Assembly (NCBI RefSeq): GCF_009914755.1
Contig: NC_060926.1
DNA from: the human T2T-CHM13v2.0 reference genome, Homo sapiens
Length of the DNA stretch: 64,000 nt
Direction: 5' to 3' (one strand)
This document shows, in pieces, positions 52,878 to 64,000 of this stretch; position 1 is the first letter of the stretch; every line of letters begins with the position of its first letter. Both the position numbers and the translations under genes were made by a program. The notes below the pieces were generated by a model, which did no database searches, was not told the DNA's origin, and saw only the letters and a program-made list of their open reading frames with translations.

Positions 52878-54036
52878 TACATAAAATGTGTTTTATGAAA
52901 ATACCGTGGGTTTAAATTTACAGATTTAGCTGAAGTGTTTATATCCTTAATCTTGAAAAACTTTGTTATGAAATACTGTACTTAAAATTGGGTTCCAGGC
53001 AAAATCAGCTCGCCTTCAATGCACTTGGAAGTTTACATCACCAAAATATCTCAAAGCCCCACCAGATTTTGGAACAAATGAAAATGCATTAGCATTAGCA
53101 TGAAAACTCAAATGCCACTGCCTAAATGCCTCTATATACTGATGTGAACCTCAGCCTCTTCGAGAACATTTCTATGTATTCCAGGCATCTCACACAGCAC
53201 TCAGAAAAATCAGTGCTCACCAGGTGCTGCCATTTGCCCACCAGGCCTCAGCTTGGCATCAAACATGCACCTTGGGCATCTGCCATGCCCCACTGGGCAT
53301 CAAGGTCTCCTCAGTGTCTTGCACTGCTCCTTTAGGAGATAACCACCTTTTCCGGGATGCTGTTTCCTGGTGTGCATGAATTACAAAATCTATAGGATAC
53401 CCAAGACAAGATGATCTTCCTTTAGTCCCGGTTTGACCAAAACTAGGATATATGTGAAGCAGAGCTAGAAAGAGGTACAGACTTAGACCCATGCAATCCT
53501 CATGGACTCAGGAAAGACTCCCCTATAATTTTACTGTTCTTACTTTAGACACACATGCATAACATTTCTCTCCTCATAGACTGTCTTTCCCAGTCCAATT
53601 ATGTGGGTAAATATATATTTGGGGGATGGTGTGTTTATGTGCATGGGTAGGGTTGGTATGGTCCTTTGGCCCTATCAGATAAATTTCCACTGAGAACTAG
53701 GCAAGATCAGTCTGTTATGTTTGTATGAAAGGGAAAAATAGGACATTCATCACCTAGAAACAAAAATAGTGGTTCCCTCTTTCACACAGAGTATTTAATG
53801 GATATCTTACTCTAAAGAGACCAAACATATGTTAGAGCTCTGATCATGATGTCTCTACTTTTAGTTTGTATGAATGTGAAAAAAGACTTTTAAAAAGAAT
53901 TTTAATACCATTAGTCTTTAAATGAGGACTCTCTTACTAATATTACAAACTAAGAGCTTTACTTTTTAAAATTTTACTTACATTGGCACCTAAAATGGCA
54001 GGTGACTAACCACACATGATCGTCCATCAAAGTGCC

Positions 54037-54075
54037 CAAGGGAAATAGTGCAAGGGAAATAGGGCAAGGGAAATA
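54037..54075. repeat. 14-bp tandem repeat CAAGGGAAATAG(T/G)G, about 2.8 copies
   Basis: Direct inspection. Confidence 0.9.
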
Positions 54076-54593
54076 TTTTTCTCATACAGAGGTTACTGCT
54101 ACATTGTCAGCCAGCCAAGAAATTCTTATACTACTTGATTTAAGTGACTTAACACATTACAGCAGCCTTTTATGATGCATACATGTTAAACCCATTTATC
54201 TTTAGCCTATTTTTGATCTAAGATCTGTGTTGTTAACAATGGAAAGTAATAAATGTCAGGTAAAAAGAAAGATAAATAAATGAGGTACTTTGGAAATTCA
54301 ATGGTAAAAAGAAACCCAGGACATCCCCCAATGACAAGTCAGTATTTTCCGACAAGGACAAATTAGAAGCATCATTTACTGAGAGGTTTTTTGTGGTTTT
54401 TGTTTTTTTCTTTTAACCTCCGTTGGGCTGGAGGCTAAGGAATGATTAAAGGATTTTAAAATTATGAGTTTGTTGTCATTTTTTTCTTCAGGCAACACTC
54501 TAGTGCTTTCCTTGTTTTTTTTTTTTTTTTTTTTAAAAAAGTCCCAAATTCTGCAACAGAGAATAATTCCCTTTGCAGAAAAAAACAGATTTG

Positions 54594-54948
<355 letters not shown>

Positions 54949-55094
54949 TCAAGGGGAGTAGTGGAAGTGGGATAGGGAAAGAGCAGTAGAATCCAGAGGG
55001 AAGGTTGAAAATAAATTCTCCAAGCATTTGAAATAAAACAAGCTAGTCCTGAATATTTAAAAGGCACAAGTATTTAAGTATTAAGACTGTATGC

Positions 55095-55625
55095 CAGCAG
55101 TCCCCAACCTTTTTGGCACCAGGGATCAATTTCGTGGAAGACAATTTTTCCACAGATGGGGGGTTGAGGGGGATGGTCTCAGGATGATTCAAGCTTATTA
55201 CATCTATTGTGCACTTTATTTCTATTATTATTACATTGTAATATATAACGAAATAATTATAACTCACCATAGTATCAAATCATCAGGACCCCTGAGCTTG
55301 TTTTCCTGCAACTAGGCAGTCCCATCTGGGAGTGATGGAAGACAGTGACAAATCAGGCATTAGATTCTCATAAGGAGTGAGCAACCAAGATCACTCACAT
55401 GTTCAGTTCACAATAGGGTTCGCGCTCCTAAGAGAATCTAATGCCTCTGTTGATCTGACAGAAGGTGGAGTTTTGGTGGTAATGTGAGCAATGGGGAGTG
55501 GCTGTAAATACAGATGAAGCTATGCTTTCTCACCTGCCGCTCACCTCCTGCTGTGTGGCCCAGTTCCTAACAGGCCATGAATAAATACTGGTATGGGTCC
55601 CTGGCTCAGGGGTTGGGGACCTCTG
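55095..55625 (+). mobile_element. MER1A (hAT-Charlie), full length
   Basis: TIRs CAGCAGTCCCCAACC / GGTTGGGGACCTCTG; perfect 8-bp TSD CTGTATGC (55087-55094, 55626-55633). Confidence 0.95.
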
Positions 55626-57569
55626 CTGTATGCTATAGAGTGCTGATATTAACATATCTACAGATACTGGATAGAGACTCTGAGAGTCATGGAAATATTG
55701 ACTTGGCACAATAGTGCTACAAAAATAATAATTGTCCCAAGGATGAACAAAGGTGAAAATTCACTAGAGGGGTAGATCCTTTGCCCTCCAAGAGCCACAA
55801 GCTACTATCATGGAGAAGGAGGCCCACACCACAGAAAGCAAGGGGAAATCTCAGTGCTGGGGAGGAAATTTGGGGAATTTCCTACCGTCTCCATGATACA
55901 CCTTTCAAGGCCAAGTTACTAGCTGCTCTTTTATTTCTGTTATTTTGATATGGAATAGAAGTGAAAATTTTGCCTTCAACTGTATTAAACTAATTAACTT
56001 ATTTGTCAATATTTACATTATACAAATATTATGGGGCCCTCAATGGCAAAAGCATTAAATGTCTCAAAGTGCATTGCTTCTCCTTTTTCCTAGAGGTCTC
56101 TTAGATTCAGAATCACATTTTTAAATGTCAGACATAAGTATCAACATAATTATCATTGCATATAAAGGAGTCAGGAAATGGGTCCAATATGAAATATACC
56201 TGATTTTTAAAAAGTAGAATGAACCACATTCTCAGCCTATGCCATATGGTTTAATTTTTTTTCTAGGACTCTCAGCTGAAAAGAGACTTGATATTTTTGA
56301 GTATCACATATAGTTTTCCTTACTTCATTGAGCTAAGATAGCTAGACCAGGGGGCAGAAATGAGTGCATCCATTCAAAAGCCCCCTACACCCAGCTATCT
56401 AATGCATAAACTTCCCATATTCCAAGTATTAAAAACACTGGAAAATTGGTTAGGCATTTAAAGAGAAAACACAATCTTTGTTCTTCCTCCTCCTTCTTTG
56501 CCAGGAAAAGACATTCCAAAATCAACATTGTGAATCCATTACCATAAATAATAGAATTATCACCAATCTGTGAACAGATTCAGCAAATAAAAATGAGCAA
56601 GCTTGCTATTTACCCTTGTTGCAAATATGTCCCTCTAAATAAAGTAGACATTTCATAATCAAGTGCATCTTTCACTTCCCGTGGTGTACTGCATTTTGTT
56701 GATGCAGATGATAGCTCATTCAGAAAATCTTTGATTCTTACATAGCTTTTCAATTACAGAAACAAAGACTCCCATAGGCTATCTGGCCTGAACCAGTAAT
56801 ATTAGTTTGCAATGTGACTTACTGGGCTTTATATTATAGCAGAAAGTTAAATTAAATATAAACAGAAATCCTGTTCCTCTGACTGTCCTCCTCTTTGTTA
56901 CCGAAGATGACCTACTCTGTTCTGCCTGATAAAATGTATTTTACATCTTTCCTTTAACTTCAGGAGTTATCTGTTCCCATCTTTCCACAAATTTACTTCA
57001 CAGCACTGAGCTTTCTCCTTGCTTTCTGTGATGTAGACCTCCTTCTCCATGATACTAAAAAGCCTACTGTCCTCCATAAAATTTTCCTCAGCCATTTAAC
57101 AATAATAGCCATCTTATAGCTATAGATGAAAATGTTTTGACTTCAGATCTCTTGTGTTTTCTGTTTTATTTATCTATTATCTATCATCTATCTACCTATC
57201 TTCATAAGTGGAAAGCCCTCTCTAAGATTCTGTATGTCTCTGAGGCCAGCATTCTCTACATAGTGACTTCTCAACAAATGATGTGTGCCATGTGGAAGCA
57301 GTGGAACTGCATAGAGGGAAAGCAGAAAACAATGTCATTCTTTCCTCCTGCTTCCCAGGTCTGTGGAACTAATTCTTCCTTACAGTGCAAACTGCAATAA
57401 GAAAAGAGGTCTGACTCTCCACATCCCCACCTATACTTGACTCCTCTCCCACCCCACCCCACCCCTACCTAGGCCGCACTCTTACTCCTCCAGAGAAGGG
57501 GAGGTGTGGGGGAGGGAAGGGAGGTAAAGGGCAGGAAATTGTATCTTCCTCTGGTACTGTGGTAATGTA

Positions 57570-57700
57570 GACATGGTCACCTACTAACTAGCTGCATGAA
57601 TTGGGCAATTTACTTAACTTTTCTGAGATTTAATTTCTGCATGCTGTGAGAAGTGAGTTATTAATAAATGTAAGGTTATTTGCAATTTTGACACTCTAAG
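57570..57700 (+). mobile_element. MIR fragment
   Basis: ACTAACTAGCTGCATGAATTGGGCAATTTACTTAACTTTTCTGAG. Confidence 0.7.
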
Positions 57701-57760
57701 CTTCTGTATTTAACAATCCTCCTCCAACCTCTACCTGAAGTTCCCTTGGATGTCCCCCAG

Positions 57761-57850
57761 CATCTGACCCTCTTGAGGCACTCAAAAAGTAAGGAAAGCT
57801 ATATGTGATACTGACCCTGCAGTCCTCATCTGACCCTCTTGAGGCACTCA
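57761..57850. repeat. Perfect 24-bp direct repeat flanking a 42-bp insert
   Basis: CATCTGACCCTCTTGAGGCACTCA at 57761-57784 and 57827-57850. Confidence 0.95.
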
Positions 57851-58318
57851 CCTCTGCCCTGTCTGCCACTGGCACCTAACATATTATCTATTTTTTTCTG
57901 TAGTACAACTAGGCAGCTACCTTGATATAGGTTCACCTTACATTTTCAGTCCCTCACAGGACCATATCAAGCTGTGCATGTCATCTCTTTTTGCTGGGCT
58001 TTGCTTAAGGGGAGGCAATTTCTCCATTTCATAACTCTCTAACAGCTTTTTCCAAAGACTTCTGATTTCTCTCTCCTAACATCTTTACCCTCATTCTTTG
58101 TATGCCCATGAGTGAGTATTGGGCTAAGGATCATATGACCTGTTTATGGTCTTCTTGTTTGCAAGTGACTAAGGGGATCTAGCTACTGAGCCTGGTGTAC
58201 AGAATGTACACCTGCTATTGTTCGGTCTGGGCCTTTTAGTATTCTCACATCTTTGGTGTAGCAGCAGGTTTTGAGACTCTTCCCCCTGTGGCTATTTCCC
58301 TCTTATTTCAGATTCACA

Positions 58319-58620
58319 TTTTTTTTTCTTTTTTTTTTGAGACTAAGTCTCACTCTTGTCCCCCAGGCTGGAGTGCAATGGTGCAATCTCAGCTCACTGA
58401 AACTTCTGCTTCCCAGGTTCAAGCGATTCTCCTGCCTCAGCCTCCTGAGTAGCTGGGACTACAGGCACGTGCCACCACACCAGCTAATTTTTGTATGTTT
58501 AGTAGAGAAGGGTTTTCACCATGTTAGCCAGGCTGGTCTCAAACTCCTGACCTCAGATGATCCGCCTGCCTCGGCCTCCCAAAGTGCTGGGATTACAGGC
58601 GTAAACCACCACATGCAGCC
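58319..58620 (-). mobile_element. Alu (AluSx/Sq-like)
   Basis: Antisense dimer; TSD CAGATTCACAT at 58309 and 58621. Confidence 0.95.
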
Positions 58621-59281
58621 CAGATTCACATCTTCTAAACTTTACCTTACTCATGAAAACATACCTGGGCAATAGAAAACTTTTAGATCCTAAGAATGAA
58701 TACAAAGTTCAGCCTTCCTAGGCATATTCAGTTCTCTTTGCCTCCTGACTAAATTCATGCTATTCCCAATTACTCCTCACTTCCCATTCTGTACTAGATG
58801 TTTGCATTCTCTTTCTAATTTCACGTTAAATGTATGTCTTATCTAGGATGAGTTTCTGCCAGGTTTCCCAGTCCACATAAGAAGTAGTGGATCTTTTCCA
58901 GGCTGCAGTTTTTTTTTCCCTGGCCCAGGCCTAGGACCTAACCATAGTACTTGGAACATAGCGGTGTCCAGTAAATATCTCCTATTACGGTTTTTTAATC
59001 CCTGGCTTCCAGAAGACCAGCTTCCTTCTACCCCTTTTTAACTGCAATTTGCTTCATATTTATGGGAGACAATGCTGTCTGTATATGCAAGAATGAATCA
59101 TACCTTCCATTAGAACGTTTATTCCTATATGTATATGAGGAAATAAATATATTAATAAATGTTTAAAACAGTATTAGGAAGCCAATAACTTAGGATACTC
59201 ACAGATAGTGATGGGAGGGAAACATCTCTTAGCAATGATTACCATCAAGGGCCTCTGAGGAGGGACCAAAATCTGAAAGAT

Positions 59282-59885
59282 GATAATAGCTAACATTTAT
59301 ATGAGTATTCAATACACTGTTCTGACTGCTTGACATGTAATTACCTATGTAAGCCTCATAACAACACTGCAAAAGAACTATCATTATACCCATTTTGCAG
59401 TTCTAGAAATGGAGACACAGGCAATGTCAATGTCTTAGTCCATAGACTGGGAGGCTTACAAACAACAGAAATTTACCTCTCAAAGTCCTGGAGCCTGGGA
59501 AGTCCAAGATCAAGGTACTGGAAGATTTGGTGTCTGGTGATGGCCCATTTCCTGGTTCATATATGGCACCTTCTTATCGTGCCCTCACATGGTGGTAGGG
59601 ATGACCTAGCTCTCTGGGGTCTCTTTCATAAGGGCACTAATCCCATTTATGAGGGCTCTACACTCACGACCTAATCACCTCCAAAAAGCCCATCTCTCAA
59701 TATCATTGCCATGGGAGTTACGTTTCAATATATGAACTTTGAGAGAACACAAATATTCAAACCGTAGCACTGAAGATATGAATCTTGAGCCTGAGGTCAC
59801 AGATATGCTGATGGATAAAAGTGGGATTTGGAGGCAGACTGTCTCCAGATTTCATGTTCTCAACTATTATTTAATACTGCCTCTG
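59282..59885 (-). mobile_element. MIR split by an MLT1A LTR
   Basis: ATAATAGCTAACATTTAT..CCTCATAACAAC..CCCATTTTGCAG before the LTR; GAGGTCACAG..GGGATTTG..GGCAG after it. Confidence 0.75.
59431..59769 (-). mobile_element. MLT1A-type MaLR solo LTR
   Basis: TGTCTTAGTCC..AAACAACAGAAATTTA..GGAAGTCCAAGATCAAGG..ATAAGGGCACTAATCCCATT..ACCGTAGCA. Confidence 0.9.
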
Positions 59886-60761
59886 ACAGGAGGGGAGCCA
59901 GCAGCATAAAGCTTTTGGGAAGAGCTTTTCTTGAATTAAGCTCAAAGGCCTAAGACAAAAATAAACATGCCCTCACCATGACAGCAGACACAGCACCTTT
60001 TAAACTTTTTTTTTACCTTTCCTTTTTTAAATAACCTTCCAGTTGTGCTTCAGATGTGACAAGCAACCCAACGCTTTTTCTGCCATTATCCTATAATTTC
60101 CTTTGCCTTGGAGCCAACCTAAATTTATTCCTTTCATTTTCTGAGTTTGACCCAAGCAAAGTTCTTCTATAATGAAACTCCAGGTCTCTGTCCGGTTTTA
60201 ACCCAGATAAACCATCAACTCTTGTAACAGAATACAATCCTCCTTTTCTTTAAGACCTTTCCAAGAACTGATCTACCCAGGAAACAGTAACAACAAAGCT
60301 TCTGGATCCTATGCCAGGCCCCAAAGCCCCATGACAAAGAACCGTAGGTGTAAGGACGGCCCTATATATCTTTAGCCTCAGCCATATATGCCAAGATAAC
60401 AGGACTGAGTCTGTCAATTTCTAACATATTCTAAAAGATCTTAAATCATCCCTCTGTAATGAAGGCTGCAGAATCCATAGAGGTGGGTTGCTTTGACTGA
60501 TGTGGCAGTAGCTGCTACAATCATTGAAGAGTGAACAAATAAGAGGTGGGAGCAAGAAAGGAAGGCAATGATGGATTTAGGATTCTCTAATGACCATATC
60601 AAAGGAGACTGGAGGATGAATAGCCAGCTTACTCAGTATATCGAAGGCTGCTAGCCAGGGGTAGGTTTAATAGTTCAGGGTGTTCTATGATGAATTCTAT
60701 GGCTTAGGAACATGAAGAGACCACACACCAAATTTTCGAGGTATTTTCCCTAGTATATTTT

Positions 60762-61285
60762 ATCAGTTAGGGTTCCATTTCTGAAAAGAGAACTAACTCT
60801 AGCCACTCTAAGAATAAAGAGATTTAATAGAGAAAGCTAATTGTTCATCCGCTCCAAGGCTGACTCCCAGAACACCCCAGAACTGGCCCACCAGGGGAAC
60901 AGCTACATCTACTATAGCCAGGAAATTTCAGAGGTACGAAGCCACTGTGCCAACTACTGGTTCTAGCATCACATCACCTGGGTCATAGTCTGGATGTCCA
61001 GAAGTTTCTGCCAGAACTGCTGACCCTAGTGCCATGCCACTCATGCTAGGATAATATTTGCAAAATGGATCTCTGCACATCGTTGCCTCTTTCTCCATTT
61101 AATTCAGTTTTGAATGTATAACTTCATCTGTGTGTCTGATTGGAGAGCCCAAATTATATCGAGAACCTGAGCCACAGTGATATCTGAGAAATGTTTTTAG
61201 CTTTCCAACATGTGCACTATGGAAGAGAATACCAAAAAGAGTTGGGATAGATGCTCTATGATCCAGGTTATTATATCTGCCACTG
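60762..61285 (-). mobile_element. Old MaLR LTR (late MLT1 subfamily)
   Basis: ATCAGTTAGGGTTC..AACTAACTCTAGC start; GTGTCTGATTGG..TCTGAGAAATG..TTTTAGCTTTC. Confidence 0.5.
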
Positions 61286-62099
61286 ATACGTTCATTTGCT
61301 ATTCAAGAAGGATGATGTTTTAAAACTGGTTCTCTTTTTTAGAAGCTTGATCATTAGATACAATAACCATTTGCCTCATGAACAAATTTGTCTAAGAAAT
61401 AATGTCTACCCACATTAGATACAGGTATCTCTTATGTAGGGACATGTGTTCCTCAACACAATTGTGTCTAGGTGCATTTTTGTAGATTAAATACTATATT
61501 CTTCTTGATTTATAGCCTTTAAGAAGATGAGTTTTAAACTGATATTCAAGTTTTAGAGCCCCTTAATGATTTAAATTTAAATTTCTCCGGTCACCATCTT
61601 CAAGCAATTAGTAATTTGTTAGTAAACAGTTTAAAGGACTAGGTTAGGGGATGGGAGAAAAATACACAGAAAATAGTAAATAGCATATTATATTCACTCC
61701 TTTTGCTTTTTTGTACTTTAACCTAAGATATCCTGGAATTAACTCCACATCAGCGCATAAAATTCTTCTACATTTTTTCAAAGCTGTCCAACATGCCACT
61801 TTGTAGATAGTGTCTGTTACATAAAAATTTAATATTTTTATGAGCTAATCAGAAAATATTTCCTTTTAATTGATGAGTTTAGCCCAGTTACAGTTCATCA
61901 TATAACTTTAATGTAGAGTTTCCACCCCATATTTGTTTGTATTATATTTAATTTGTTTCTGCTAATATGTTTATAGGTTTATTTTCTTTGCTTTCATGTA
62001 TTTATTTTTATATTTAGAAAACTTTATATTTTTATTATAAAGGTGACCTTTATACCAGTATTTTTTGTAATGCTCGTAGGCCTTCTTCCTTATCCTTAA

Positions 62100-63330
62100 C
62101 CTTCTGCTGTGGCTTTAATTCCTCCTATTTCCTATGTGGCAATTAATAAGCTTATTCTATTTTCTACTTTCTCTCTTGCTTGTCCTCATCTGTTTTTTCA
62201 GTTGTGTTACTTCTATTTTATCGTAACGGGTAATATTCAAACACTATTCCTCCCATTTTGCTGCAACCTTCGTTTTGGTCTTAAATCTACAATTAAATAT
62301 ATTCAACACTCAACATCATTCCTTTTACTGAGCTAGCTCCAGTCACGTCTTGGTTTAATGAGGCAGATCTTCTAATGGGTTACACAGGAAGGTCTGTAAA
62401 TTCAGCATTCCTTGAGCTCTTCCTGCTTAAAATTATTTTTCTATAGTTTTGACACTTAAAGAATAACATCAATGTTTATAAAACCTTTAAATTATGTTTC
62501 CTTGAGTTTTATGACAATGCTCCTCCACTGTTGCCTTGCTTCATGCTGTTTTGCTGTCAAAAGTCTAAAGTTAGTCTAATTTCCTTTGTTCTATAAATAA
62601 CTTGATCTTTTTGCTTATCTCAAGTCTTTTCATTAAGTTTAATAATTTTACTAAAATATGCCTCAGAGGTGACAATTTATAATCAATTTTCCAGGTACAC
62701 AATAGATCCTTTCCATATGAGAGTGTAAATATATTTTTGAATTGCCATTTTTATTGAATATTATTTACATATTTTATTACTTTCTTTTTACTTGTGGACT
62801 ACAAGACATGTATGTTAGATTTTTTTGCCTAGGTTCTACATCTAAAACCTACTGATACATTCAGTTTTTTAACTTGTTTTTTCTATTCTTGGCTATTTCT
62901 ATTCCTTTCCTTTATGTTTTTAGTCCATTTACCTATTCTTTCTTGAGTATGTCATAATTTCATCTACATTTCTGAAATGAGCTTTAAAATTTTTCTCTTC
63001 TTTCTTCCCTGAGTTTGTTTGATCATTTTTCTCACATCTTCCTCTTTCTTGTTGTTGTTGTTGTTGTTCATTTCCATTCTGTTGTTGAATTTCTGATTCA
63101 AAATTCTCTGTCATATGTGAAAATGCTTGTTTTGTGATACTTAATGAATGCTGAGATGTATTTCAGTCGTCTTCTGCTTCTTGGTTGTTTTCCAGGTGAT
63201 GAGAAAGGTGAAAAGTGTTTTTACCATGTGAAAAATTTTGATTTCCACTTTTTATTTCATTCTTGAATAAATTTGGTGTGGGTGTTGCCTGACATACTGT
63301 GTTCATTTTTAAATGTTTTGGATTTTTCCA
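62100..63330 (-). mobile_element. Ancient L1-related element (HAL1/L1ME-like ORF1 region), degraded
   Basis: T-rich antisense ORF1-like sequence: TTCCTTGAGCTCTT..TTTCCTTGAGTTT..CTCCACTG..AAAGTCT..AGTCTAATTTCC. Confidence 0.55.
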
Positions 63331-63517
63331 AACCTTAAATAACAGGTGTTTTTCCATGGGAAGAAATTAAGGTGAAGGTTTTGGTGGATTAATGGTTTCT
63401 TAGCTCAAGATCACCCTCTTAGTTGGTAGAGCAAATTGCAGTGTCTTTAATAGATGTACCTTTTTGGGACATTTGGTATTTCTTATTATTCAGTACTAAT
63501 TTTATTTAGGGCATTTA

Positions 63518-63880
63518 TGATATGATTTTGCTCTGTGTCCCCACCCAAATCTCATCTTGAATTGTAATTCCCATGTGTTGAGAAAGGGATCTAGTGGGAG
63601 GTAAATAGATCATGGGGGCAGTTTCCCCCATGTTGTTCTCATGATAGTGAGGGATTTCTCACAAGATCTGATGCTTTCAAAGTGGCAGTTTCCCCTGTGC
63701 TTTCTCTCTCTTGCCACCTTGTGAGGATGGTTCCTGCTTTTCCTTCACCTTCCACCATGATTGTAAGTTTCCTGAGGACTCCCCAGCCATGTGGAACTGT
63801 AAGTCAACTAAGTCTCTTTGTTTATAAATTATCCAGTCTCAGGGAGTATTTTCATAGCAGTATGAAAACAGACTAATTCA
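63518..63880 (+). mobile_element. MaLR 5' LTR (THE1D/MSTA-like)
   Basis: TGATATG..CTCTGTGTCCCCACCCAAATCTCATCTTGAATTGTAA..CAGACTAATTCA. Confidence 0.92.
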
Positions 63881-64000
63881 GAAAATTGGTAGTGGGTGTG
63901 GGGCACTGCTATAAAGATAACCTTAAAATGTGGAAGTGACTTGGAACTGGGTAATGGGCATAGGTTGGAACAGTTTGGAGGGCTCACAATAAGACACTAA
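63881..64000 (+). mobile_element. THE1/MST internal sequence, running off the window
   Basis: GAAAATTGGT..GCTATAAAGATA..AAAATGTGGAAG..TTGGAACTGGGTAA..GGTTGGAACAGTTTGGAGGGCTCA. Confidence 0.9.

Noticed and set aside
62929-63114. Poly-Q ORF
   Set aside because: Short (TTG)n tract inside a degraded L1/HAL1-like element

Overview
AT-rich primate (human-like) non-coding DNA dominated by interspersed repeats: Alu J/S/Y, L1 copies of many ages (L1PA3-like to L1ME/HAL1), MIR, ERVL/MaLR/ERV1 LTRs, and hAT and Tc1-mariner DNA transposons. No intact protein-coding gene, RNA gene or CpG island can be supported. The ORF track is explained by repeat-derived or random frames; only L1 ORF1/ORF2, HSMAR2 transposase and ERVL dUTPase remnants are recognisable. 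The most interesting content is a set of readable mutational fossils: (1) an L1PA3-like insertion whose 5' junction carries about 180 bp of captured, inverted and duplicated target DNA, creating a ~112-bp-arm palindrome (26.2-27.1 kb); (2) a twin-primed L1PB1-like insertion that appears to carry a ~1.35-kb 3' transduction, with its own AATAAA, poly(A) and TSD, nested inside an older inverted L1MA (13.9-19.9 kb); (3) a 42-bp insertion partly templated in inverted orientation from 1.5 kb away and flanked by a perfect 24-bp duplication (57.8 kb); and (4) several smaller template-switch scars. Repeat subfamily names come from recalled consensus sequences and need RepeatMasker/Dfam confirmation. 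The locus itself was not identified.
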